64,000 nucleotides of DNA, taken from positions 271,064,001 through 271,128,000 of the forward strand of contig NW_027362765.1 in NCBI RefSeq assembly GCF_046119375.1, read 5' to 3'. The DNA comes from Phyllobates terribilis. Lineage: Eukaryota. The notes under the pieces were generated by a model, which made no database searches, had not been told where the DNA came from, and saw only the letters and a list, made by a program, of their open reading frames with translations. This document shows, in pieces, positions 1 through 10,871 of the stretch (position 1 is the stretch's first letter; each line of letters begins with the position of its first letter). A program made the translations under genes and the position numbers.

Positions 1-774
1 AGTCCACAATCCAAGCTGCTTGAGGTCTAGTGTGAAGTTTCCACAATCAGTGATGGTTTGGGGAACCATGTCATCTGCTGGTGTAGGTCCACTGTGTTTC
101 ATCAAGATCAAAGTCAGCGCAGCCGTCTACCAGGAAATTTTAGAGCACTTCATGCTTCCCTCTGCCGACAAGCTTTTTGGAGATGGAAATGTCATTCTCC
201 AGCAGGACTAGGCACCTGTTCACACTGCCAAAAGTACCAATATCTGGTTTAAACAACAGTATCACTGTGCTTGATTGGCCAGCAAACTCGCCTGACCTTA
301 ACCCCATAGAGAATCTATGGGGTATTGTCAAGAGGAAGATGAGAGACACCAGACCCAACAATGCAGACGAGCTGAAGGCTGCTATCAAAGCAACCTGGGC
401 TTCCATAACTCCTCAGCAGTGCCACAGGCTGATCGCCTCCATGACACACCGCATTGATGCAGTAATTGATGCAAAAGGAGCCCCGACCAAGTACTGAGTG
501 CATTTACTGAACATACATTTCAGTAGGCCAACATTTCGGATTTTAAAAACATTTTTGAATCTGTTGTTCTAAAGTATTCTAATTTACTGAGATAATGACT
601 TTTGTGTTTTCATTGGCTGTAAGCCATAATCATCAACATTAACAGAAATAAACACTTGAAATAGATCACTCTGTTTGTAATAACTCTATATAATATATGA
701 GTTTCACTTTTTGTATTGAAGAACTGAAATAAATTAACTTTTTGATGATATTCTAATTTAGTGAGAAGCACTTG
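1..774 (+). mobile_element. Tc1/mariner transposon, 3' part (defective transposase plus right terminal repeat)
   Basis: ORF pieces 20-211 and 177-497 give [24 protein letters not shown] and AKGAPTKY; there is a stop at 209-211 and a frameshift; the element ends ...GCACTTG followed by TA (775-776). Confidence 0.9.
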
Positions 775-1437
775 TAATTAGTGATAGCGGCACTTAAAAG
801 GATGCTCTGAAAATGTGATAAAGATGGCCACCGTCACATATTTCAAAACTCACAAAAAACTCATTGTGAGAAAACAACCTCAAAGATCTGGGCCAGTTGT
901 AGATCTCAGCTGACACGTGCAGTGTATGGAGGGTGAATGACGGAAAGGGATTAAAAAAAAAACAAACAAACCTGTGTGCTTGGGCAAAATGGCAAAGGAT
1001 CTGCTACATTCAGATGATTATTCCATTTGCTGGCAATGGGCTGCACAGTGAAGCACAGGCCAACACCGTCCCCCTCCCTGCTGCACAGCAATCATGTGGT
1101 TCTGGTCACCAGTATGGAACCTATAGTGTAGGCGCCTATGTATCCGCTAGGTATTAGAATTAGCTGTATAGTTATCAATGGTTTGCTGGTGTTGAGACGT
1201 CCATGGTAGGTGTGGGGCAGGGTATAAAGAGGGCTTGATAAAGCGTCGTGTGTACTGCGTGTTGGGCGCTGTTTGCTCATGCTGCAGTATGGAATATTGG
1301 GTCACTGTTTATCATATGGGGCTTGTGCAATGGATTATTATGCTGCTGCCTTTTCTCTACTTTCCTGGCATCTTTAGTGCAGAGGCTTTATAGGATTAGG
1401 TTGTCACCCCTGCACCTTGGTAAGGTGTAAGATTTAA

Positions 1438-1825
1438 GCTATGTGCCCACGTTGCATTTATGAAGCAGAAAATTTCTGCTTCATTTCTGCAAGTCCTCTC
1501 CCGGAAAAACGCATGCGGAATTCCGCACGCGTTTATCGCGCATTTTTCGCGCGTTTATCACGCGTTTTCCACATGCGGAATTGCCTTGCGTTTTTTATGC
1601 ATTGGACTAAGGCAATTCCGCTTGCGGAAACGCAAAATTAAATGACATGCTGCGGATATTTGAACGCAGCATAAACGCTGCAGAAAAATCCGCAGCATGT
1701 GCATAGAACTTGCGGAATCCCATTGGGGACCATGGGGGGGCGGATTACCTAGCGTTTAACAAGCGTTTCCGCTGCGGAAATTCCGCAGCATAAACGCTTG
1801 AAAAACGCTACGTGGGCACACAGCC
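1438..1825. mobile_element. Non-autonomous TIR element (MITE, PIF/Harbinger-like)
   Basis: Inverted ends GCTATGTGCCCACGT / ACGTGGGCACACAGCC flanked by TAA/TTA; palindromic interior; no ORF. Confidence 0.7.
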
Positions 1826-2027
1826 TTAGGGTCAGGATAATAAGTCTAGTCCTCCAGCTCCTGTCCCATATGTGGCTTTGTTTTTTCTCTATTTATTTAC
1901 TGTGATTATGAGAAGCCTTCCATAATTAATGTGGGTCATTATTATGCATATATATTTATACATCTAGGGGTAGTTATCTTAGTAGTTTGCCACCATATAT
2001 AGGGGGATGTCTCCCCTTCAAGTATTA

Positions 2028-2527
2028 GGGTATGTGCACACGTTCAGTATTTGCAGAAGAAACATTTGCTACAAATACTGATGTGTTGGCAAGAAAAGCA
2101 CAGCATAAAATACATGCGTTTTCAATGCATTTTCCCCATTCATAGTATCTGCAGGAAAAACGCTGAAAAAAACTGACGTGCTGCAGATTTAAATCAGCAA
2201 GGAAAATTTAAGCAATGTGTGCATGAGACTAAGACCACGGCCCCACTATCAGTATTCGGTCAGTATTTTTTCTCAGGAGTGGGAGAGAAAACCAGGAGTG
2301 GGTGATAAATGCAGAATAGGTGACTTGTTTCTATTATACCTTTTCTCTGATTGTTCCACTCCTGGCTTTGGCTCCCACTCCTGAGAAAAAAATACTGACC
2401 AAATACTGATAGTGGGGCCGTGGCCTAAGGATTCTCATTCACTGCTGTAACTAGGAAATCCTTCAGGTTTTATGACAAAACGGTGTATAAAAAAAAAAAA
2501 AAAAAAACGCAACATGTGCAAGAAGCC
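2028..2527. mobile_element. Harbinger-like MITE interrupted by a second MITE
   Basis: Ends GGGTATGTGCACACG / CATGTGCAAGAAGCC; removing 2233-2428 restores a sequence resembling the uninterrupted copy near 13180-13230. Confidence 0.55.
2233..2425. mobile_element. 193-bp MITE nested in the MITE above
   Basis: Long inverted ends (GACCACGGCCCCACTATCAGTATT / AATACTGATAGTGGGGCCGTGGCC) and a TAA duplication at 2230-2232 and 2426-2428. Confidence 0.8.
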
Positions 2528-2741
2528 TTCATGGCCTCCGGTATATTTTCCCTCTATACCTCCCCAGCATCAATAAGTTACACATTATTATCTTTTTGTA
2601 GGTGTAGGACGTTCCGTGGCTTTATAAATATTTGTGCAATACTGGATACAGCGTGCAGTTTTTCGTTCTGTGATGTAGCTTTGTAGCTTGGATCCTTTTC
2701 TTAGGGTTATGGTGGGGTTTATTTTGCACAAACAAATTACC

Positions 2742-4710
2742 TGTAATGCACACGCCCGGGCTGAGCGGCGTGTGCGTGCGATTCCACTGGACCGTGCCGG
2801 AGAGTGAATGCCTGGAGGGGCGTAACTAGGTATTCACCCGATCCGACCAGGGTCGCACGACGGCATACGACGCCAGTGCACCAAGGAGGGACCAGGTGCT
2901 ACTCCAGGACAGACCCCGGACACGGCTGTTGACCCACACAGGGGAATACAGGAACAGACTGGTAGGCTGGCACACAGACTGGTGGGTATAGGCTGGCTCG
3001 ACTGGGATGCAGGCAGGCAGGTATGCAGGCAGGGGGGTACAGGCAAGCACAGCTAGAGTGCAGACAGGGAGGCACTAGCAGGTAGGAACACAGGCGGGAT
3101 AGGACCCAGTACACACTGGGACTCAGGAACAATACAGGCAGAGGGGTACAGGCAAGCACAGCTAGAGTGCAGACAGGGAGGCACTAGCAGGTAGGGACAC
3201 TGGCGGGATAGGACCCAGTACACATTGGGACTCAGGAACAGAACCACAGATGTGGCGGACAAACACAGCAGAGTGAGGCCGCCCAGAGAGGTGAGCGAGA
3301 GCAGGGCAGGACAAGGCCGCCAGGAGCGGTGAGCAAAGGGTCAGAGCTGAGCGAGACTGCCGGAGCAGTGAGCAAGAGTAAAGCAGGACGAGGCCACCTG
3401 GAGCGGTGAGCAAAAGGGTCAGAGCGGAGCAAGGCTGCCGGAGCAGTGAGCAAAAGGGTCAGAGCGGAGCAAGGCTGCCGGAGCGGCGAGCAAAGGACCC
3501 AGAGCAGGCTAGAACTGCCGGAGCGGCGAGCAAAGGACCCAGAGCAGGCTAGAACCGCCGGAGCGGTGAGCAAAGGAGTCAGAGCAGGCTAGAACCGCCG
3601 GAGCGGTGAGCAAAGGAGTCAGAGCAGGCTAGAACCGCCGGAGCGGTGAGCAAAGGAGTCAGAGCAGGCTAGAACCGCCGGAGCGGTGAGCAAAGGAGTC
3701 AGAGCAGGCTAGAACCGCCGGAGCGGTGAGCAAAGGAGTCAGAGCAGGCTAGAACCGCCGGAGCGGTGAGCAAAGGAGTCAGAGCAGGCTAGAACCGCCG
3801 GAGCGGTGAGCAAAGGAGTCAGAGCAGGCTAGAACCGCCGGAGCGGTGAGCAAAGGAGTCAGAGCAGGCTAGAACCGCCGGAGCGGTGAGCAAAGGAGCC
3901 AGAGCAGGCTAGAACCGCCGGAGCGGTGAGCAAAGGAGCCAGAGCAGGGGGGACAGGGCGCTGTTCACACAGAACAGACAGGAAGAGAAAGGCAGAGCCA
4001 GATACCCACAGGGTACTTGAAGTGAAGTAGCGAGTGGACCACAAACTCACAAACGGGAGTACAGAGACAACAAGCAGGAGTTAAGTACGAGTTCAGACTC
4101 TGCAGAAAAAGGAAGGGAACGGACATAGAGGCAAAACAGGTAAAGGATAGGAGAGAGTTCAGACTGGAACTGAGTGTACGGAGGAGACCGACACTGCAGC
4201 GGGATACAGGAGCGGATCTGGGAATACTGCCCCCAGAGAGGCGGGACGAACAGGCAAGGAGCGTGTTCAGACAAGACAGACAAGATACAGGAGCGGGTCT
4301 AGGTAATCGGCCCCTAGAAGGCGGGAGGAACAGGCTAGGAGCGTGTTCAGACAGGCCTAGAAATACAGCCTCCAGGATAGGCAGACAAGAGAACACAGAA
4401 CGGGACCTGGCACCTTCAGAGTGCAAGCACACACTGAATGAAACACTATGCTCAGGCAGGGATTGATTGGAGCAGCTGAGCTATATACCAGGTGACAGAC
4501 AGCAATAGGCTGAGGACGCACAAGGGGTGTGACCCACAGCAGGTACAAAAAAGCAGGAAGTGATCGGGCGCCGCCCTTAAGCAGCAGAAACAGACACAAA
4601 CAGACAGCATGGAGGGAATCCAGAGAGATATTCTGGACTGGAGATCAAGTGCGCGCTCTTGCACAGTGGGAGATGGACCACCATGCCAGGACGCCGCCAG
4701 GTATGTTACA
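2742..4710 (-). mobile_element. Solo LTR (~1.97 kb) of an LTR retroelement, in CENPX intron 2
   Basis: Termini TGTAA...TTACA; 5-bp target duplication TTACC at 2737-2741 and 4711-4715; TATA-like TATATAG on the - strand near 4482-4488; no internal coding sequence. Confidence 0.8.
3400..3945. repeat. 40-bp minisatellite inside the solo LTR
   Basis: Unit GAGCGGTGAGCAAAGGAGTCAGAGCAGGCTAGAACCGCCG repeated almost perfectly over 3541-3900, with diverged copies from ~3290. Confidence 0.95.
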
Positions 4711-4942
4711 TTACCCAACTATTTAGCCATTCTTTACAGGTATAACAGTGCAGATGATTGTCCTATAGTACATAGTCAGACCATCACACTATACATTTGT
4801 AGTTTCAGCTGATAATGTCCAAAAAACACCCAAAACTTGACCATTCATATTTTCTAACTCCCATACGACGGTCGGATGAAATGGTTGTCTGTAATGTCGG
4901 CTGCCATTTATCCGATGTGTCTGAGCGGTGTACGGTCCATAC

Positions 4943-4994
4943 TTTTAGTTTTCTCTTCTTCCAGGTGCATGTGCAGCAGTTTGGAGACTAGGCT
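4943..4994 (-). CDS. CENPX: CENP-X coding exon 2 (SLVSKLLHMHLEEEKTK + 1 nt)
   Basis: 52-nt exon between the acceptor CTCTTTCTCTTACAG and the donor GTATGG; matches recalled human ELVSRLLHLHFKDDKTK; phase fits exon 1. Confidence 0.85.
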
Positions 4995-5471
4995 CTGTAA
5001 GAGAAAGAGTAGCCTTTAACCCCGTCAGGACCAGCCCCTATTTAGGCCAGAGTTATTCGTTCCAGCATCACAGACTGATATTATTGTAAAAACATATGCA
5101 GTTTTCAAGATATTAACATTGGTTTTGTTTATCGTCTAGGATACCGACCACCGCTGTTGTCTAGCCTACAAGCTCTTTTCCCATTGAGCTTGTAAGCGCT
5201 GTGCTACAGCTGGCTGACATCACCGGAGTGCACTGGTACCTCAGTGCAGTGTTTACAAGCTAGACAGCCACGTGTTAATGTCTTTTTCCACAGGGGACCT
5301 GTCAGGGCCGGTTTTGTTTGGTATTTTATGTTGGGCCATAACTTTTTCATTAGTGGGCACCATGTGGCAGTTTAGATGTCACCACTTTTCCAGAATAAAA
5401 GCATTTTTCATGTTGAAATAATCATTTGAGTCCCCACATTAAAGGTCCAGTTTCTCGTGACAGCAGCTCGA

Positions 5472-5653
5472 TGGGGGGTAATGCAGGGGGTCACTACTGC
5501 TATGGGGGGTAATGCAGGGGGTCACTACTGCTATGGGGGGTAATGCAGGGGGTCACTACTGCTATGGGGGGTAATGCAGGGGGTCACTACTGCTATGGGG
5601 GGTAATGCAGGGGGTCACTACTGCTATGGGGGGTAATGCAGGGGGTCACTACT
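5472..5653. repeat. 31-bp G-rich minisatellite, left part
   Basis: Unit GGGGGTCACTACTGCTATGGGGGGTAATGCA, ~6 copies. Confidence 0.95.
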
Positions 5654-6669
5654 GACGAACCCCCAGGAGCTCAAAACGTTACCACGCCATTTCAAAGCAG
5701 TTCATAACCATGACCCACGCACGCTGCAGGTGCGTGGCATAGACGTGGTACACTTGGGCTCCCGGGGTGGAAATGCTAACCAATGTCTAGCACAAAAAGA
5801 GGCCAGATGGATCATCACTTTGGACACCCTGGCTCCGCGTGGCCTAAACGAAAGTCTTGGGTTCTCACCATTTCTGTGATTATGGCTCTTTGCTTCTTGA
5901 TGCTCTCCCTTGCTCCCCCGTGCCCGGCTGTCTCGATGTCCCTGGAGCGCCTCTGGGGGCGTGTCTTTTGGCACGCTCCCTGACACGCGCCCGGGACATG
6001 ACGGCTTGGGTGCGTGCAACGTGGTTCCGGGCGCACGCGCCATCATACTCCAATGAGCTCCCCTGACCCTTGGATCACATGACGGGTCAGGGGCATATAT
6101 AAGTAGGTCCTGTAGGCGCTCTAAGAATGCGCCTCTTGATAAAGACCGGCGAAACGCGCATCGGGGCACGCCGCCATCATCTCTACCTCTGTTGGGAGGT
6201 TCCAGGGACTGGAGGGCTTTTTGGACACTGTTGTGGGTGAGTGGCATACCTGATCCTGATATAGGGGGGTGGTCTGGGCAACAATTGGGATTACTCATAT
6301 AATCTGATGCAACTGTGCACTGATATTGTATGTAATATAATACTAAATTTCCCATATCCACCTCCTCTATGTATGTGCAACCGCCCTTATTTACATATTT
6401 ATATGATTATACATTTTGTTTGCCCTGTCACCCTTGTGACCCCCCAATATTAGGCACCATGCACTTTATATCCTCTTTTATGTGATGTTTCGTACTTGCT
6501 ATGTAATTTCTATTTAATAAAATCATGCTCTTTATGCCACATTACTCATTTGTTCTCCTTTTTCAATATATCAAATATGTGAGTAGGCAATTATCGGCCC
6601 AGGGTTTGACAACTTTGTCTACATACCGTGGTCCATTAAGCTCTACATGGTGGGCCACTGTTTGTTCAT
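5654..6669 (+). mobile_element. 5'-truncated Penelope-like retroelement (GIY-YIG endonuclease C-terminus plus 3' pseudo-LTR)
   Basis: The + strand reads TLPRHFKAVHNHDPRTLQVRGIDVVHLG / frameshift / PRGGNANQCLAQKEARWIITLDTLAPRGLNESLGFSPFL*, the typical PLE endonuclease end; AATAAA near 6516; inserted into the minisatellite. Confidence 0.8.
6132..6166 (+). ncRNA. Degenerate minimal hammerhead-ribozyme motif of the Penelope element
   Basis: CCTC-TTGATAA-AGACCGGC-GAAAC-GCGCATC-GGGG; the core deviates from CTGANGA and stem II is poor. Confidence 0.4.
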
Positions 6670-7520
6670 CTGCTATGGGGGCAATGCAGGGGGGTCGCTA
6701 CTGCTATGGAGGCGACGCAGGGGGTCACTACTGCTATGGAGGCGATGCAGGGGGTCACTACTGCTATGGAAGCAACGCAGGGGGTCACTACTGCTATGGA
6801 GGCAACGCAGGGGGTCACTACTGCTATGGAGGCGACGCAGGGGGTCACTGCTGCTATGGGGGCGATGCAGGGGGTCACTACTGCTATGGAAGCGATGCAG
6901 GGGGTCACTACTGCTATGGAGGCGATGCAGGGGGTCACTACTGCTATGGAAGCGACGCAGGGGGTCACTACTGCTATGGAGGCGACGCAGGGGGTCACTA
7001 CTGCTATGGAGGCGACGCAGGGGGTCACTACTGCTATGGAAGCGACGCAGGGGGTCACTACTGCTATGGAGGCGACGCAGGGGGTCACTGCTGCTATGGG
7101 GGCGATGCAGGGGGGGTCACTGCTATGGGGGCGACGCAGGGGGGGGCACTGCTATGGGGGGTGACGCAGGGGGGGGGCACTGCTGCTATGGGGGCGACGC
7201 AGGGGGGGGTCATTGCTGCTATGGGGGCGACGCAGGCGGGGGGGGGTCACTGCTATGGGGCAACGCAGGCGGGGGGGGGGGTCACTGCTATAGGGCAACG
7301 CAGGCGGGGGGGTCACCGCTATGGGGGCGACACAAAGGGGGGGGTCACCGCTATGGGGGCGACGCAGGGGGGGGGGGTCACCACTATGGGGGCAACGCAG
7401 GGGGGGGGTCACTTATGGGGCAACGCAGGGGGGGGTCACTGCTATGGGGGTGATGCAGGGGGGGGGTCACTGCTATGGGGGCGACGCAGGGGGGGGGGGT
7501 CACTGCTATGGGGGAACTGG
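6670..7520. repeat. 30-bp G-rich minisatellite, right part, decaying toward CENPX exon 1
   Basis: Unit GGGGTCACTACTGCTATGGAGGCGACGCAG, regular over 6690-7100 and then degenerate. Confidence 0.95.
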
Positions 7521-7661
7521 GGCAGTCTGCTCTTGGTTCCATAGGTAGTTTCTAAGCCATTATGTATGCAGTATTCAGTGTAAGATCACACAATCCATAG
7601 CGGGACATGCAGAAGCACCACGCAGAGAACTCCATGAGCAGTGAAGCAATGTAACACTTGC

Positions 7662-7697
7662 CTTACGAAACTCCACCGACTCTTCTTCCCGCTCCAT
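7662..7697 (-). CDS. CENPX: CENP-X coding exon 1 (MEREEESVEFRK)
   Basis: ATG at 7697-7695; 12 codons ending FRK as in recalled human MEGAGAGSGFRK; donor AAG|GCAAGT; head-to-head with LRRC45 as in other vertebrates. Confidence 0.8.
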
Positions 7698-8078
7698 CCT
7701 TCCTATCTGCCGCTTAGCCCTTCTCCTCCCCTAATCTAAACACGGAGCTGAGCGAGCAGCTGATTGGTGGATGGGCCTGTCAATCATAGCAGTCTCCACC
7801 AATCAAATCTCCCGCGGTGATTCCAAACAGAATTCTAAACACAAGAGTGCGCAGTGTAACGCGGAAGTCTGTCTCCAGGTCTTCTAGTGACATCACCGAG
7901 GGTGGCTATGTTTCCGAAGATAAAAGGCTACTTAGTTTTTATTAGGCGGCGTTGATAAAATGGCGCCGGTAATGGAGTCATAATCTCTCTGTAGTAGTCC
8001 TTTGGGTCTGACAGATTGAACTCAGTGCCTTCCTGGTTACATGTTGTGTGTACATGGAGAAACCGATAGCAGGTACAG
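7698..8078. promoter_or_regulatory. Putative bidirectional CENPX/LRRC45 promoter and non-coding first exon of LRRC45
   Basis: CCAAT boxes in both orientations (ATTGG ~7763-7767, CCAATCA 7799-7805), ETS-like GCGGAAGT 7861-7868, YY1-like AAAATGGCG 7957-7965, locally CpG-rich; strong donor CAG|GTAAGT at 8078/8079; acceptor TTTTCTATAG at 11338 upstream of the LRRC45 ATG. Confidence 0.55.
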
Positions 8079-8861
8079 GTAAGTGGCTGTCAGGTGTGTT
8101 ATTTCCATATAGTGCATGGGTACTATATACTATGTGTAGGTTCACATTGTCTGGTTTTTTGACTTGTTTGCATTCTGTGCAATTTAAGGGTGTGGCATGC
8201 CCTTTGTTGAGCTGATTGGTATATATGTAGCTTACCACGGGCCTAGGTGGTCTGGAGTTGGGACCCGGTCCTATTTGTCTACCCTTTTATATGCATTACT
8301 TCAACTTTGATATACAGTAAGGTTTTTAATATAGGCAGTATAGGTACCGTCCCAATTTAGGGTCACCTTGCCGCTGGTGGGACGGCTTGTATACTTTTTT
8401 TGATCAAAAATAGTTCACTAAGTACCCTATATTTATTATGCAATTTTGCTTTACATTTATATATAATTATGGTAGGGTATGAGATATATTTTTGTCTTGC
8501 TTCTTTTTTGCTAGTGTGAACATGCCTCTGTTTCTTGTATGTCTGCCATCTTAGACCTCAGTTCACATTGTCTGGTTATGTGTAGGTAGGGTAGGGTCTT
8601 ATGACCACTTGTGTCTTCTCGTGCCACAACATGACTAGCAGTGCAGTGTCCGTAGCCATGCAATGGCCATATGAGCAAACCCCATAGAAGTGAAAGGGAG
8701 TCGGTGGGCATGTGAGCCTACAGCAGGTAAGCCTTGCTCTGCCTTTAGCGCCTGGCATCCTATGATCTGAGCCTGGCCATGTTATATAATATGGGACACC
8801 CCAATGTGCCTTGGTCACATGGCATAGCAGGGCACCAGTATGTGGGCAATTGGCATGGCGG

Positions 8862-9145
8862 CGCTCCAGTACAAGGGCACTTGGCACGGCGGTGCTCTGG
8901 TACCTGGGCACTTGGCACGGCGGCGCCCCAGTACCTGGGCACTTGGCACGGTAGCGCCCCGGTGCCCGGGCACTTGGCACGGCAGCGCCCCGGTGCCCGG
9001 GCACTTGGCACGGCGGCGCTCCGGTACCCGGGCACTTGGCACGGCGGCGCCCTGGTACCTTGGCACGGTGGCGCTCCGGTACCTGGGCACTTGGCACGGC
9101 GGCGCTCCGGTACCTGGGCACTTGGCGCGGCGGCGCTCCGGTACG
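8862..9145. repeat. 31-bp GC-rich minisatellite
   Basis: Unit GGCACTTGGCACGGCGGCGCTCCGGTACCTG, ~9 copies. Confidence 0.9.
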
Positions 9146-9706
9146 TGCCTTAGTGCACGGCGGAGTTGTTATGGTGAGTGCAGGGTTGGGGTTAGTGTTA
9201 GAAGTCAGAGTTGTCAGGGCAGCGACCTGCCTATTGCCAGTTTGGGGGAACAGTTTGCTCATTGGTCATTACATACAGTACACCCATATGCATCATCTCT
9301 CCTCAATTAATGAATAAATGAGCTACACCCTTAAAAACATGATTTTTTTTTTTAAATCAAAAATGTATAAGCCCATCTACCACTGACCTCATTACAGAAG
9401 GGACCATGATTCTGCAGCCTCGCCTCTCCATGTTCCTTGGCCGTAAATAAACTGGAGAAGAAACGGATCCAGATATAATTTGCTCCAATTAAAATAGTCA
9501 TATTAGGATGAGCAGATGTCACTAAATGGCTTTCTGACAGATACGCATTTCATACAATTCCCCAGAGCCCCTTCATACTGCACACAGTTATGACACTTAC
9601 CTGTGACTGTGCTCAGGTCACATCTGCACTGGATCACTGTAGCTGGCAAATGGCTGTAATATATAACCATCACTGATACGCTGCGAATTTTCACCATTGT
9701 CAATGC

Positions 9707-10871
9707 TTAAGATCACAAAGTCTTGATTCCATATATAAAGGGAATATCTTTTACCAACTAACACAAAAAGCCCTTTTATCTATTTATTATGAAAGATAAT
9801 CTTTAATAGTCATATTTGACAAATATAACGTAAAGTGCCCATATAAAGTGACCTAGTGCAGGCAGAAATATACATTCATCATGATTAATTTTTCCTATTT
9901 TCACACCTTACTGAAGACGATAATCTTTCACTACTTGATATATAATATATAGGTGTGAACTTGAACAAAAACAGCCTATACATAATAGGTCACTAATCTT
10001 AAAAACAGCAGGAGAAGGTTATTGTAGGTGGGACTTATGAATACATATCTATTATTTCCCAAACTGCATCAATATACCACATACATGTCAAGGGCTCAAC
10101 CCTATAAATGGAGTCCTTAATCAGATGCTTTACACATATTACAGTATGATATTCACAAGGTTAACAGTGCTAATCCCCCTCACAGTTTGAGTTTATATAA
10201 TAAGCTGATACTCCATTCCAAAATACTTTTTCAAGACAATAACATGATCAAAGATAGAGCTCTCTGCAGGATGATCTTCTCCTGATGAACCACTAAACAA
10301 CGGGGAAACGCGTTGAGGAGTTTGGAGGAATGATGGGGGCAACCTAAATACATATTTCAGATAAGTCCTATCTTTGATCATGTTATTGTCTTGAAAAAGT
10401 ATTTTGGAATGGAGTATCAGCTTATTATATAAACTCAAACTGTGAGGGGGATTAGCACTGTTAACCTTGTGAATATCATACTGTAATATGTGTAAAGCAT
10501 CTGATTAAGGACTCCATATATAGGGTTGAGCCCTTGACATGTATGTGGTATATTGTTGGAGTTTGGGAAATAATAGATATGTATTCATAAGTCCCACCTA
10601 CAATAACCTTCTCCTGCTGTTTTTAAGATTAGTGACCTATTATGTATAGGCTGTTTTTGTTCAAGTTCACACCTATATATTATATATCAAGTAGTGAAAG
10701 ATTATCGTCTTCAGTAAGAAGGTGTGAAAATAGGAAAAATTAATCATGATGAATGTATATTTCTGCCTGCACTAGGTCACTTTTTATGGGCACTTTATGC
10801 ATGTTATATTTGTCAAATATGACTATTAAAGATTATCTTTCATAATAAATAGATAAAAGGGCTTTTTGTGT
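9707..10871. mobile_element. Non-coding Penelope-like insertion forming a ~500-bp inverted repeat
   Basis: 13-bp duplication CCATTGTCAATGC at 9694-9706 and 10872-10884; arms 9761-10257 and 10368-10871 are near-perfect reverse complements; hammerhead motif in the 110-bp spacer. Confidence 0.75.
10276..10320 (+). ncRNA. Minimal type I hammerhead ribozyme motif
   Basis: Stem I CTTCTC/GAGGAG, core CTGATGA (10282-10288), short stem II, GAAAC (10305-10309), palindromic AACGCGTT stem III, GUU triplet with predicted cut after 10314. Confidence 0.7.

Noticed and set aside
1225-1250. CTTGATAAAG resembling the degenerate hammerhead start at 6135
   Set aside because: No downstream GAAAC or pairing stems
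1-4942. Search for CENPX coding exons 3 onward
   Set aside because: No sequence resembling SGDAL..ELLK.FV was found by eye in the unique segments; these exons are probably left of the window, so this is not evidence of truncation
5702-6361. 219-aa - strand ORF
   Set aside because: Antisense to the Penelope endonuclease end and pseudo-LTR; GTG-type start, no recognisable domain
6525-7544. 339-aa Gly/Tyr/Cys-rich ORF (GGHYCYGGDA)n resembling a keratin-associated or eggshell protein
   Set aside because: It arises from the 30-bp minisatellite, other frames and the opposite strand are also open, it starts in the Penelope tail, and it is antisense in CENPX intron 1
9183-9200. GGGTTGGGGTTAGTGTTAG as an interstitial telomeric repeat
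   Set aside because: Only about three imperfect units; compatible with chance or a decayed repeat
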